DNA from: Acidimicrobiales bacterium | Lineage (GTDB): Bacteria > Actinomycetota > Acidimicrobiia > Acidimicrobiales > JBOGIG01 | Direction: 5' to 3' | Assembly: GCA_050742455.1 (NCBI GenBank) | Contig: JBOGIG010000004.1 | Location: 96,613-160,612, forward strand | Length of the DNA stretch: 64,000 bases | Part shown: piece by piece, positions 45,875 through 57,863 of the stretch | Layout of the letters: every line of letters starts with the position of its first letter | Numbering within the stretch: position 1 is the stretch's first letter | Notes under the pieces: generated by a model | What the model saw: the letters and a program-made list of their open reading frames with translations, nothing else | Told to the model about the DNA's origin: nothing | Databases searched by the model: none | Program-made: the position numbers and the translations under genes

Positions 45875-45946
45875 CCAGATCAGACCGACGCGGCAGATCA
45901 GACCGGCGAGTCAGATCAGATCGGCGAGTCAGATCAGACCGACGAG
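45875..45946. repeat. 18-bp tandem repeat x4 starting in the last atpC codons and extending into the spacer
   Basis: Units cagatcagaccgacgcgg / cagatcagaccggcgagt / cagatcagatcggcgagt / cagatcagaccgacgagg. On the gene strand every unit carries an in-frame TGA (SSV* SD SPI* SD SPV* SA ASV*). Confidence 0.9.
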
Positions 45947-46331
45947 GCGGCATCGATGCGGGCCTGGGCCCGAGCTCGGGCCTGTTCGATCTCCTCTTCC
46001 TCGCCCTCCACCTCGGGCGATGCGTCCAACGCCGTCATCCGGGCCCGGGCCCGGCCGACGTCGATCTCGCCGGACAGCTCGGCCACTTCGGCCATGACCG
46101 CCAGGCGACCTGCGTCCATGCGGACGAACCCACCATGCACGGCAGCGCGCTCCTCGGATCCATCCTCCTTGATGAACCGCACCACGCTTGGGACCAATTG
46201 GGCAACGAAGGGGGCATGGTTGGCCAAAAAGGCCGACTCCCCCTCCACGGTGCGAAGAGCGACCATCTCGGTTTCGCCTTCGAAAAGCACACGCTCAGGA
46301 GTCACCAGCTCGGAGGCAAAGGTGGCCGCCA

Positions 46332-46332
<1 letters not shown>
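45934..46332 (-). CDS. atpC: F1 ATP synthase subunit epsilon
   Basis: 132 aa, with an epsilon-like beta-sandwich followed by helices. 1-nt start overlap with the atpD stop. Confidence 0.93.
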
Positions 46333-48804
<2,472 letters not shown>

Positions 48805-48807
48805 GGC

Positions 48808-50331
48808 CTATAAGTCCTGTCCCCGGTCGAAGCCTTCCTTGAACTTGTCAATGGCCTTGGCCAGCTCCGCCTCGTCCCCCAGGTTGCCCGTGGTGCGAAT
48901 CTGCTCCAGAAGTTGGGGGTGGCTGGAATGCAGGAACTCCGTAAGCTCGGCCTCGAAGCGCCGGACCTGTCCCACCGGAACATCGTCGGTGTATCCGTTG
49001 GTTCCGGCGAAGATCACCACCACCTGCTCCTCGACGGCGACCGGGGCGTTCTGGCCCTGCTTGAGCAGCTCCGTCAGGCGGTAGCCCCGATCAAGCTGGG
49101 CCTGGGAGATCTTGTCCAGCTCCGAGCCGAACGTGGCAAACGCCTCCAGCTCCCGGAACTGGGCCAGATCGAGCTTGAGCGTGCCCGACACCGACCGCAT
49201 GGCTTTGATCTGAGCAGCTCCACCCACCCGGGACACAGAAATGCCGACGTTGATGGCTGGGCGCACGCCGGCATAGAACAGTTCCGACTCCAGATACACC
49301 TGACCGTCGGTGATCGAGATCACGTTGGTCGGGATGTAGGCCGACACGTCCCCAGCCTTGGTCTCAATGATCGGCAGAGCGGTGAGCGATCCACCTCCCC
49401 GGGCATCGGACAGCTTGGCGGCCCGTTCCAACAACCGGCTGTGCAGGTAGAACACGTCACCCGGGTAGGCCTCGCGACCGGGGGGACGGCGAAGCAACAG
49501 GGACAACTGGCGGTAGGCCTCGGCCTGCTTGGACAGGTCGTCGTAAACGATCAGGCAGTGCTCGCCGTTCTCCATCCAGTGCTGGCCCATTGCGCAACCT
49601 GCATAGGGGGCCAGGTACTTGAACGGTGCGGCATCCGATGCCGGGGCGGCCACCACCACGGTGTAGTCCAGGGCCCCGTGCTGGGCCAGAGTGGCTACCG
49701 TCTGGGCCACCGATGAACCCTTCTGGCCGATGGCCACATATACGCACTTCACCCCCAGCCCCTTCTGGTTGATGATGGTGTCCACGGCGACCGTGGTCTT
49801 GCCCGTCTTGCGGTCGCCGATGATCAGCTCCCGCTGGCCTCGCCCGATCGGGGTCATGGAGTCAATGGCCTTGATGCCGGTCTGGAGGGGTTCGGACACA
49901 GGCTGGCGGTCCACGATGCCGGGCGCCTGGACCTCTAAGCGCCGGAGCTGGGCATCGGCGATGGGGCCCTTGCCGTCGATCGGTTCGCCCAAGGCATTGA
50001 CGGTGCGGCCCAACAGCGAGTCCCCTACCGGTACCGACAGGATCCGTCCGGTGGCTCGAACCGACTGCTCCTCCGACAGGTGCTCGTCACTACCCAGGAT
50101 GACGGCGCCGATGGTGTCCTCATCCAGGTTGAGGGCCAAACCAAGTGTTCCGTCCTCGAACTCCAAGAGCTCGTTGACAGCGGCATTGGGCAGGCCCGAG
50201 ACCCGGGCTATACCATCGCCCACCACCAGGATCCGGCCCACCTGCTCGGTGGAGACCTCGGGCGTATAGTCCGAGACGTGACGGCGAAGGGCAGCCGATA
50301 TCTCGTCAGCGCTGATAGTCAGTTCGGCCAT
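48808..50331 (-). CDS. atpA: F1 ATP synthase subunit alpha
   Basis: 507 aa. Walker A GDRKTGKT. Alpha-like throughout. Confidence 0.98.
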   Translation of the reverse strand: MAELTISADEISAALRRHVSDYTPEVSTEQVGRILVVGDGIARVSGLPNAAVNELLEFEDGTLGLALNLDEDTIGAVILGSDEHLSEEQSVRATGRILSVPVGDSLLGRTVNALGEPIDGKGPIADAQLRRLEVQAPGIVDRQPVSEPLQTGIKAIDSMTPIGRGQRELIIGDRKTGKTTVAVDTIINQKGLGVKCVYVAIGQKGSSVAQTVATLAQHGALDYTVVVAAPASDAAPFKYLAPYAGCAMGQHWMENGEHCLIVYDDLSKQAEAYRQLSLLLRRPPGREAYPGDVFYLHSRLLERAAKLSDARGGGSLTALPIIETKAGDVSAYIPTNVISITDGQVYLESELFYAGVRPAINVGISVSRVGGAAQIKAMRSVSGTLKLDLAQFRELEAFATFGSELDKISQAQLDRGYRLTELLKQGQNAPVAVEEQVVVIFAGTNGYTDDVPVGQVRRFEAELTEFLHSSHPQLLEQIRTTGNLGDEAELAKAIDKFKEGFDRGQDL

Positions 50332-51336
50332 TTAATTGGGTTCCTTTGCTTTGCCGGTCGCCCCTTCGGGGCCCAAAAGATGTTCTCGCAACTGATCGAG
50401 GCGGTGGCGGGCGCTGGCATCGATAACCACGTCTCCGACCTCGACCACAACTCCCCCGAGCAGCGCTGGGTCGATGGTGACCTGGAGTTCGGTGGGCAGG
50501 CCCGACAGGAGTTGCAGGGCCGCTGCCAGGCTGGACCGCTCCTCCGGTCCGATCTCTTCGGCCGCCTGGACCCTGGCCACCCTCCAGCCCCGAGCCTCGG
50601 CCACCTGTTCGGCCAGGAAGTCAAGGGACCCGACTACATCGCGGGCCCGACTCCTCAGGGCCTCGCATACCAATGCCAGCGTGGCATCGGCGACCTTGCC
50701 GGCCAGGAGACCCCGGACCAGATCCTGGCGGTCGGCCAGAGATCGGCCCGTCTCCGACAGCGCTTGGCACAGGGAAGCATCAGCCTCGACGATCCGAGCG
50801 AAGCGAAATAGCTCGTCCTCCACTTCGTCGAGCTGGGACTTGTGAGGCAGGGCCTCCAATACCGCGGCGGCGTAGCCGGCCATCATGGCCCGGGCCATCG
50901 ACCGGCCCGGTGATCTCTCGTCGAGCCCATGACCGGTCTCGGCCATGTGCCGAGCCAGCTCGGCCACCCCGTGGATGGACTCCCCGAAGGAGCCCGGCCT
51001 TTCCCGAGACACGATACGCACCAACAGGCGCAATCCAGACGCCGAGATCTTGGCGGCGAAAAGATCCTCGACCACCGAGCGTCGGCTGGCACCCGTAAGT
51101 GAATTGTCCCCCAGCCCCGTTGCCAGACCGTCGCTGGTGGTCCACAGGTGGGCCAGGTGGGCCAGCTCGTCGGCCAACTCGGACAGGGAGCCGACCTCTG
51201 GTTCGGTCAGGTCGCCACCGGGCGCCGATGACCCAGACCCTGTCGATGGACCAGACCCCGTCGATGGCCCAGATCCCAAAGGCGAACCTACCCCGTCCAT
51301 TACGGCGGTGGCGTATCCGGCCAAGTCCGGGTTCAC
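50332..51336 (-). CDS. atpH: F1 ATP synthase subunit delta (OSCP) with duplicated N-terminal domain
   Basis: C-terminus is delta-like (IDPALLGGVVVEVGDVVIDASARHRLDQL). Two consecutive copies of the delta N-domain pattern begin at LAGYATAVMDG... and MAGYAAAVLEA... Start is uncertain: GTG 51336 avoids overlap with atpF, while the track ATG 51450 overlaps it by 77 nt. Confidence 0.8.
   Translation of the reverse strand: MNPDLAGYATAVMDGVGSPLGSGPSTGSGPSTGSGSSAPGGDLTEPEVGSLSELADELAHLAHLWTTSDGLATGLGDNSLTGASRRSVVEDLFAAKISASGLRLLVRIVSRERPGSFGESIHGVAELARHMAETGHGLDERSPGRSMARAMMAGYAAAVLEALPHKSQLDEVEDELFRFARIVEADASLCQALSETGRSLADRQDLVRGLLAGKVADATLALVCEALRSRARDVVGSLDFLAEQVAEARGWRVARVQAAEEIGPEERSSLAAALQLLSGLPTELQVTIDPALLGGVVVEVGDVVIDASARHRLDQLREHLLGPEGATGKAKEPN
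51233..51276. repeat. 18-bp tandem repeat (about 2.5 units) inside atpH (encodes GSGPST GSGPST GS)
   Basis: ccagaccctgtcgatgga / ccagaccccgtcgatggc / ccagatccc... Confidence 0.85.
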
Positions 51337-51373
51337 TGCCGGCTCATCGAGATCGGGCGCAAGCCTGGCAAGG

Positions 51374-51895
51374 TCAGCCTCGCTCTGCCGGCGTTGCTGC
51401 CCGTAGGGCGGCCACTGCTTCGTCGATGAGGTCACGATGACCGGCGGCATCGACCTCGCGACCTATGACTCGAGCGGCGGCCGCCAGGACCAGGGTTCCG
51501 ACTTGTGTCGTGATCTCATCGGTGGCCCTTTGGCGGGCCAGTGAGATCTCGGCTTGGGCCCCGCCCACCAGGCGTTCGTACTCCGCCTGTCCGCGAGCCT
51601 GGCCTTCGATGCGCACCGTCTCGGCCGTCTGGTTGGCCTGTGCCGTTATCTCCCGGGCGTGGGTCCGGGCCTCGTCCAAGATGGCTTGGCGTTGGGCCTT
51701 GGTGTCATCGGCCTCCGCCCGCGCCGCATCGGCCGCGGCCAACGAGGAGCGGATCAGTTCCTGTCGGTCGTTCATGGCTTTGTTGATGGGGGGCAGGATT
51801 ACCTTGGCCACGACTATCAGGACAATCACAAAGGCAATGATCTCGATGATGAAGGTGCCGTTGGGGACCAAGAAGTTGCTTGTGGCGATGAACAT
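51374..51895 (-). CDS. atpF: Fo ATP synthase subunit b
   Basis: 173 aa. A single N-terminal TM helix followed by a long Ala/Arg/Glu-rich helix. Confidence 0.9.
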   Translation of the reverse strand: MFIATSNFLVPNGTFIIEIIAFVIVLIVVAKVILPPINKAMNDRQELIRSSLAAADAARAEADDTKAQRQAILDEARTHAREITAQANQTAETVRIEGQARGQAEYERLVGGAQAEISLARQRATDEITTQVGTLVLAAAARVIGREVDAAGHRDLIDEAVAALRAATPAERG

Positions 51896-51954
51896 GTCAG
51901 CTTGCCTCGCTAGTTCCTAGGGCTTCCCGCCGGCAAAGCAGGAGGCAATGAGTC

Positions 51955-52221
51955 CTACTTCTTGTACAGGGAGAACACGAACAAGGCGGTAAAGGCCAGG
52001 TTGATGAAGTACATGGCCTCCACCAGACCCACGGTCAGGAACATGATCGTGAACAGGCGGCCTTGAGACTCGGGCTGGCGGGCCACACCGGCAATTGTCT
52101 GGCTGCCGGCCAGGCCGTCACCCACGGCCGCGCCGATGGCCCCTCCGCCGAGCGCAAGCCCGCCGCCGACCATGGCGCCGGCCAGCTTGACCGCTTCCGC
52201 CATCGATTGGGTCTGTGCCAT
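51955..52221 (-). CDS. atpE: Fo ATP synthase subunit c
   Basis: 88 aa. Two-helix hairpin with GxGxGxG packing ([12 protein letters not shown]), loop ARQPE, and carboxylate in VGLVEAMYF. Confidence 0.93.
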   Translation of the reverse strand: MAQTQSMAEAVKLAGAMVGGGLALGGGAIGAAVGDGLAGSQTIAGVARQPESQGRLFTIMFLTVGLVEAMYFINLAFTALFVFSLYKK

Positions 52222-52310
52222 CAGGTTGCTCCTTTTGGTTTCTGTTGATCTGGTTGTAAGAGATGCGAATAGTTGGGCCGGTCCAGGTGAACCGGGGAGC
52301 CGGTCGATGC

Positions 52311-53078
52311 CTAGTGGGCCTCGGACATGGCTGCTTCAAAGTACAAAATGGTGAGCAGGGCAAAGATGAAAGCCTGGATGGCCCCGATGAACAGGTCGAA
52401 GAGCTTCCACACAGGGTTGATGACCAGCACCACGACGCTGCCGATGGGGATGCGGGAAATCTCCCACACTCCGAGGGCGGCGATCAGGGCCAGGAGGAGT
52501 CCTCCCGACAGCAGGTTCCCGAAGAGCCGGAGGGCCAGGGTGATCGGTTTGGTCAGCTCCTCGACGACGTTGATGGGAAAGAGAAAAGCGAAGGGTTGGA
52601 AGTAATGCTTGAAATAGCCCTTGAGGCCCCGGGTCCTGATCGAGGCAATGTGGACGAGAACGATGACAAAGATCGCCATGGCCAAAGGAAGGTTGATGTC
52701 CCCGGTGGGGGCGGCCAGCCACTCGTACTTACTGCCCAAACCCAGGGCTTCGAAGAAGTTGGCCACCAGGATGAAGACGAACAGGGAAATTGCCAGGGGA
52801 ACGATGGAGGCTCCCCGCGGACCGATGGAGGATTCGACCTGGTTGCTGACGCTGGAGGTGATCATCTCCCAAAAGAGCTGGAGCTTGCCCGGCAACCCGC
52901 TCGTGGCCCGGGAACGCATGGCCAGACCGAGTCCGATGACCACCACCATGGCCGCCCCGGTGGCCCACACCGTGTCGAGATTGACCGATAGGCCGCCGAC
53001 CTTCTTGACCACGTGCTCGCCCACGCTGATATCGGAGGCCAGCAGGCGGGGCGACAACCCCAATCCAAAAGCACTCAT
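52311..53078 (-). CDS. atpB: Fo ATP synthase subunit a
   Basis: 255 aa. Conserved Arg helix [13 protein letters not shown]. Confidence 0.95.
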   Translation of the reverse strand: MSAFGLGLSPRLLASDISVGEHVVKKVGGLSVNLDTVWATGAAMVVVIGLGLAMRSRATSGLPGKLQLFWEMITSSVSNQVESSIGPRGASIVPLAISLFVFILVANFFEALGLGSKYEWLAAPTGDINLPLAMAIFVIVLVHIASIRTRGLKGYFKHYFQPFAFLFPINVVEELTKPITLALRLFGNLLSGGLLLALIAALGVWEISRIPIGSVVVLVINPVWKLFDLFIGAIQAFIFALLTILYFEAAMSEAH

Positions 53079-53497
53079 CAGGCGGTCTCCTCGGTGGCCC
53101 GGCCGGCCCGCAACATCGAAGCGGTGACGTTGGCCAGCAAGAGGAACTGAAACACGGCTAGGCCGATGAGCGCTCCGAACCCGACCTGGGGTATCAACAC
53201 CAGCAGGGCCACGGCAAAGGCACTCAAAAAGCCGAGACGGACCAAGGTGTTGAGGGCCAGTGGACGCCGCTTTTCTTCACGCTCGGACCGGCTCACCTTG
53301 CCGACGGCGTCGCTGATCATTCGAAAGTTCCCAAGTGCCAGTCCCAGGCCCACGCACACGCCCAACCCGACCAGCACGTAGCCAGCCAGGGCCAGACCGA
53401 CCAGCGCCGCCACTCCGAGGGCCAGGGAGCCCACAGCCGTGCGCCGGGCCACGGAGGACAATTGAGGCAGGGAGAGGATCGAGAATTGTTGGATCAT
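53078..53497 (-). CDS. atpI: ATP synthase protein I-like membrane protein
   Basis: 139 aa hydrophobic protein immediately upstream of atpB with a 1-nt overlap. Call is based on position and topology only. Confidence 0.6.
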   Translation of the reverse strand: MIQQFSILSLPQLSSVARRTAVGSLALGVAALVGLALAGYVLVGLGVCVGLGLALGNFRMISDAVGKVSRSEREEKRRPLALNTLVRLGFLSAFAVALLVLIPQVGFGALIGLAVFQFLLLANVTASMLRAGRATEETA

Positions 53498-53559
53498 GGG
53501 TTCTCAGAACGGTCGGGGCGCCGGCGCACCGGTGCGGACTGGGCCAGTGGCGTAAGTGG

Positions 53560-53763
53560 TCACAGGTACTTGCGGGCCTGGCGAACGGTGGTCGCCACGG
53601 CCATCAACACTCCCAATCCGAGCCCGCAGAAGGTGCCAGCGGGGCTCGTCCCCATCCAGTCGTCCACCAAGAAGCCCAGTCCCACTCCGCCCCCCACCGA
53701 CAGGGCCGACGCCATTCCCATCGACAGCAGATCGAACAGTCTTGGTGATGGCTTTTCGTCCAT
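53560..53763 (-). CDS. AtpZ/AtpI-family small membrane protein
   Basis: About 67 aa from Met 53763 (MDEKPSPRLFDLLSMGMASALSVGGGVGLGFLVDDW...), forming a two-helix small protein at the head of the atp operon. Confidence 0.5.
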   Translation of the reverse strand: MDEKPSPRLFDLLSMGMASALSVGGGVGLGFLVDDWMGTSPAGTFCGLGLGVLMAVATTVRQARKYL

Positions 53764-53865
53764 TCCCCACCTCGTTACCTGACGAAGAGGCACCCAACAC
53801 GGCGGTCATCATGGCATCGCCGGATCGACCAGCGCAAAACGAGAAAGGGCATCTCAGCTCGGCGA

Positions 53866-55014
53866 TCAGGCCTGTTTGGTGGGTTCTTCCAGCCCAGCCC
53901 CCAGCTCCGCCTCCGCCGAGAGGTCTCTTACATTGCGACGCAGGCCAGGGTGGAGCAGCGTGTAGAGGGCCACCCCCAGTCCGGCCACACCAAAGGGGAT
54001 GAAGGCGTTTCCCCGATGGGTGAAAGTTGGATAGAGGACAAAGCCCGACAGCAGTGCCGTCCATGCCCACAGAATGAGAACGGCGCGGCGCGGGCCGTGG
54101 CCAAGGCGAACCAAGCGGTGGTGCAAGTGATCCTTGTCCGCGCCCGACACCTCGGTGCGTCTCGCCGCCCGGCGCACGATGGCAAAGAGGGTGTCGAGGA
54201 TGGGAACCCCGAGAATGAAAAACGGGATGAACAGCGGAGCGAAGAAGAAATACGTGTCACCGCTGACCTGAGAGCTGCGCCCACCCACCACCATGGTGGA
54301 AGCGGCCATGAGCAGTCCCAGGAACATGGCCCCGGCGTCTCCCATGAACACCTTGGCCGGATGAAAGTTATGGGGCAGGAATCCGATGCACACCCCACAG
54401 GCGATGATGGCCACCAAGGGCCCGATGTTGTTGCCGCTCAGTTGACCGATGTGGCCCAGGTGAAAGCTGTACAGGAAGAAAGCCCCGGCGGCAATGGCGA
54501 TGATGCCCGCCGCCAGGCCATCCAGGCCGTCAATGAGATTGACGGCATTGGCGATCATCGCCACCCACACGGCGGTCAGCAATGGGGTGACATTGGCGGA
54601 TAGGACGATGACCCCCGCAAAGGGGACTTTGAAGAAAAACATGGTCACGCCCAGGAAGTAAAGGACGCTGGCGGCCACAACCTGTCCGGCCAGCTTGGCC
54701 GGAGCCGACACCTCCCGCAGGTCGTCCAAGAGACCCACCCCCAATATGACGGCGGCTCCAAGCACCACTCCCAAGGGTTCGGAGGAATTGGAGAAGATGC
54801 TTTTGAAGTATGGAATCTGGGATGCCACCACCATGGCCAAAAGGAAGGCCAGGAACATGGCCACCCCACCGATGGTGGGCGTCGGTCGCTTGTGGACCCG
54901 GCGGGCGTCGGGCATGACGATGGCGCCAAAGTGAACGGCCATCCGTCGCACCGGGAATGTGAGCAGGTAAGTGGCCAGCGCGGCCACACCCAGAACTAGG
55001 GCATAGTCGCCCAC
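53866..55014 (-). CDS. wecA: UDP-GlcNAc:undecaprenyl-phosphate GlcNAc-1-phosphate transferase (MraY/WecA family)
   Basis: 382 aa polytopic protein. GT4-family motifs NAVNLIDGLDGLA and MGDAGAMFLG. Occupies the same position as rfe in the mycobacterial block. Confidence 0.9.
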   Translation of the reverse strand: MGDYALVLGVAALATYLLTFPVRRMAVHFGAIVMPDARRVHKRPTPTIGGVAMFLAFLLAMVVASQIPYFKSIFSNSSEPLGVVLGAAVILGVGLLDDLREVSAPAKLAGQVVAASVLYFLGVTMFFFKVPFAGVIVLSANVTPLLTAVWVAMIANAVNLIDGLDGLAAGIIAIAAGAFFLYSFHLGHIGQLSGNNIGPLVAIIACGVCIGFLPHNFHPAKVFMGDAGAMFLGLLMAASTMVVGGRSSQVSGDTYFFFAPLFIPFFILGVPILDTLFAIVRRAARRTEVSGADKDHLHHRLVRLGHGPRRAVLILWAWTALLSGFVLYPTFTHRGNAFIPFGVAGLGVALYTLLHPGLRRNVRDLSAEAELGAGLEEPTKQA

Positions 55015-56358
55015 TCAGACCCTGTCGCCGAGGGACCCGTAGGGGACGAACTTGGAGCACAAGATGGCCACTTCGTCACGAATGGCGGCCAGTTCGGGTC
55101 CGGGTACCGCCGGGTCGGCTCCGCTGGCGGCCAGGGCCCCGGCTATGACCAGGCTTCGAGCGATCAGCCCGGCCACGGCCACCATCTCATCTGGTCCCAT
55201 GCCGGCAGTGGTCACTGCGGCCGTGCCCAACCGCAGGCCACTGGTCACGAAGGGGGAGCGAGGATCACCGGGGATCTGATTGCGGTTGCACACGATGCCC
55301 GCCTTTTCCAGTGCCACCTGGGCTGCCTTGCCCGTCAGGTCGGAGTCGAATGAACGCAGGTCCAGGAGCATCAGATGATTGTCCGTTCCCCCCGAGACCA
55401 ATCGGAAGCCCTCCTCGGCCAACCCAGAGGCCAGGGCCTTGGCATTGGCCACCACCGAGGCGGCGTAGCGGGCGAATCCGGGTTCGGCTGCCTCTTTGAA
55501 GCCGACGGCCTTGGCCGCGATCACGTGGTCCAAGGGTCCTCCCTGAAGTCCGGGGAAGACGGCCTTGTCGATGGCGCCGGCCAGGTCGGCCCGACACAGG
55601 ATCACCCCGCCCCGGGGACCGCGCAGGGTCTTGTGAGTGGTCAGGGTAACCACGTCGGCGTATGGCACGGGGTTGGGGTGAACGCCTCCGGCGATGAGGC
55701 CGGCCACGTGGGCCGCGTCGAACATGAATAGTGCGCCGACCTCGTCGGCAATCTCGCGGAATGCGACGGGGTCGATGATCCGGGGGTAGGCGGTGGCCCC
55801 CGCCACGATCAGCTTGGGCCTTTCGGCCCGGGCCAGGGCGGCCACCTGGTCCATGTCGATGCGTTCTCCTCCCCCCTGCGCCGTCACCGGGGTCACGCCA
55901 TAGCCCACGAAGCGGTACAGGCGTCCGCTGGCGTTGACCGGGGACCCGTGAGTCAGGTGACCACCCTGGTCCAGGCGCATCGCCAGGACAGTGTCACCCG
56001 GTTCCAGGAGGGCCAGGTAGGCAGCCATGTTGGCGTTGGCCCCGGAATGGGGTTGCACGTTGGCGTGGTCGGCTCCGAAGAGGGAGCGGGCCCGGTCCCG
56101 GCACAAGTCCTCGATCTGGTCGGCAAACTGGTTGCCGCCGTAGTAGCGCTTGGACGGGTAGCCCTCGGAATACTTGTTGGTGAGCACGCTGCCGGTCGCC
56201 GAAATCACTGCCGGGGAGGTGAAGTTCTCGGAGGCGATCAACTGCAGGGTGGTGTTCTCCCGCTCCAGCTCGGCGGCCAGGATGGCCTCCACGGCGGGAT
56301 CGTCCAAGGGACCAGCGAACGTGCCGGGAATGCAACCTTGCTGTCGGTCGGAATTCAT
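55015..56358 (-). CDS. glyA: Serine hydroxymethyltransferase
   Basis: 447 aa. [12 protein letters not shown] and PLP site [12 protein letters not shown]. Confidence 0.97.
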   Translation of the reverse strand: MNSDRQQGCIPGTFAGPLDDPAVEAILAAELERENTTLQLIASENFTSPAVISATGSVLTNKYSEGYPSKRYYGGNQFADQIEDLCRDRARSLFGADHANVQPHSGANANMAAYLALLEPGDTVLAMRLDQGGHLTHGSPVNASGRLYRFVGYGVTPVTAQGGGERIDMDQVAALARAERPKLIVAGATAYPRIIDPVAFREIADEVGALFMFDAAHVAGLIAGGVHPNPVPYADVVTLTTHKTLRGPRGGVILCRADLAGAIDKAVFPGLQGGPLDHVIAAKAVGFKEAAEPGFARYAASVVANAKALASGLAEEGFRLVSGGTDNHLMLLDLRSFDSDLTGKAAQVALEKAGIVCNRNQIPGDPRSPFVTSGLRLGTAAVTTAGMGPDEMVAVAGLIARSLVIAGALAASGADPAVPGPELAAIRDEVAILCSKFVPYGSLGDRV

Positions 56359-56367
56359 TTCCTTATT

Positions 56368-56985
56368 CTACGAGAGGCTCGCCGGCCACACCGATTCCAC
56401 CCGCTCCCAGGCCACTGCCCCCTCTCTCAGACAGCTGGGTGGCCTGGTGCGACAGTCCACCACCGTAGAAGCCAGACCATCGCAGCGCCCTCCGTCGACC
56501 ACCAGGGCCAGACCCGCTCCGAATATCCGCCTGATGCCAGAAGCGTCGGGCGGGGTTGGTTGGCCATGGATGTTGGCACTGGTTACGGCCAGGGGTCCGA
56601 GTGCGGCGCACAGTCGGCGAACCCCGTCGTGGGACGGACATCTCACGCCCACACTCTCCGAGCTGGAGCCCAGGTTCCAATCCAGACCCACCCGTCTCGA
56701 CAGCACGAGGGTCAACGCTCCGGGCCAGAACTCCCGGGCCAGTAGGTCCACGGGATGGGGCCAGTCCAAGGCCAAGGCACGGGCCTGGGCCGCGTCGGCT
56801 ACCAAGACCGCCACATCCACGGAGGGCGAGCGCTCCTTGAGCTCGAACAGGCGGGCCACCGCAGACTCCGAGGAGGCCAGTGCGGCCAGGCCGTAGACGG
56901 TGTCGGTCGGAAGGCCCACCACCTGTCCTGACCCGAGGAGAACGCCCGCTTCCTCAAACCCTTTGCCTTCCGGAACCCGAGTCAT
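56368..56985 (-). CDS. tsaC: L-threonylcarbamoyladenylate synthase (YrdC/Sua5 domain only)
   Basis: Start at ATG 56985 (ATGA overlap with the prmC stop). Motifs GLPTDTVYGLAA and SANIHGQP. The 352-aa track ORF is an upstream extension running through prmC. Confidence 0.88.
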   Translation of the reverse strand: MTRVPEGKGFEEAGVLLGSGQVVGLPTDTVYGLAALASSESAVARLFELKERSPSVDVAVLVADAAQARALALDWPHPVDLLAREFWPGALTLVLSRRVGLDWNLGSSSESVGVRCPSHDGVRRLCAALGPLAVTSANIHGQPTPPDASGIRRIFGAGLALVVDGGRCDGLASTVVDCRTRPPSCLREGAVAWERVESVWPASLS

Positions 56986-57863
56986 GCCAGCCGGGACACC
57001 AGCGAGCGCGGACGATGGGCCAGATCGGGACGGACCTCGACAAAGTCGAATCCGGCCTGGCGGGCCAGATCGGCAGCAGGTTGGGCCTGGCTTGGGGCGA
57101 TCTCGACCACCAGGGCGCCAGGACGGGCTAGCCAATGCGGCGCCTGGGAGATCACATGGGCGATGGCCTCTAGGCCGCTTGGCCCCGGGACCAGGGCAGT
57201 TGCGGGCTCCCAGGCTGCCACTTCGGGGGACAGCGTGGCGGCCTCGGCTTGACTCACGTAAGGGGGGTTGGACACCACCACGTCGACGCGACCTCGGATC
57301 TCCGCGGGCAGGGGCTCGAACCACGATCCCCTCAGGACGTGGGCCCGCTGCCTGGCGGTGAGGTCCAGTTCGGCCAAGTTCTCGCCGGCCAGGGCCAGCG
57401 CATCGGGGGAAATATCCACGGCCCAAACCTGCGACGAAGGGGCCTCGGTCAACACCGACCAGGCGATGGCCCCCGATCCCGTCCCGAGGTCGACCACCAC
57501 TCGCCCGGACAGGCGGGCCAGCTCGGCCAGGGCTTCCTCAGTGACCTGTTCAGTCTCCGGTCGGGGGATCAGGGCCCGCTTATCCACCCTGAGATCCAGG
57601 TGGCGAAATCCCCAGCGGCCGAGGATGTACTGAAGGGGCTCACCACCGAGGCGCCGGTCGAGCATGGCTCTTGCAGACTCCCGCGATGGCCCCTCGACCC
57701 GATCGTCGAGCACGCTGGTCCACTCCGACCCCGAGAGACGAGACGCCCACTGCACGATGCGACGGGCATCGAGCTCCGATCCAAGCTCTTTGGCAGCCTG
57801 GACCCACAGCTGTCGCCAGGTTCCCTCATCCATCGCCCGGTCAGGACCGCTCGGTCTCACCAC
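56982..57863 (-). CDS. prmC: Release-factor glutamine N5-methyltransferase
   Basis: SAM motif VVDLGTGSGAI and catalytic VVSNPPYV. The start is either GTG 57863 or ATG 57833. Confidence 0.92.
   Translation of the reverse strand: MVRPSGPDRAMDEGTWRQLWVQAAKELGSELDARRIVQWASRLSGSEWTSVLDDRVEGPSRESARAMLDRRLGGEPLQYILGRWGFRHLDLRVDKRALIPRPETEQVTEEALAELARLSGRVVVDLGTGSGAIAWSVLTEAPSSQVWAVDISPDALALAGENLAELDLTARQRAHVLRGSWFEPLPAEIRGRVDVVVSNPPYVSQAEAATLSPEVAAWEPATALVPGPSGLEAIAHVISQAPHWLARPGALVVEIAPSQAQPAADLARQAGFDFVEVRPDLAHRPRSLVSRLA

Noticed and set aside
56986-57426. Upstream extension of the tsaC ORF (352 aa); likewise gatA 11659..11889, prfA 58915..59061 and the hydrolase 14021..14143
   Set aside because: The extensions run through the preceding gene in another frame. 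Internal starts give canonical protein lengths and ATGA or short-gap coupling.
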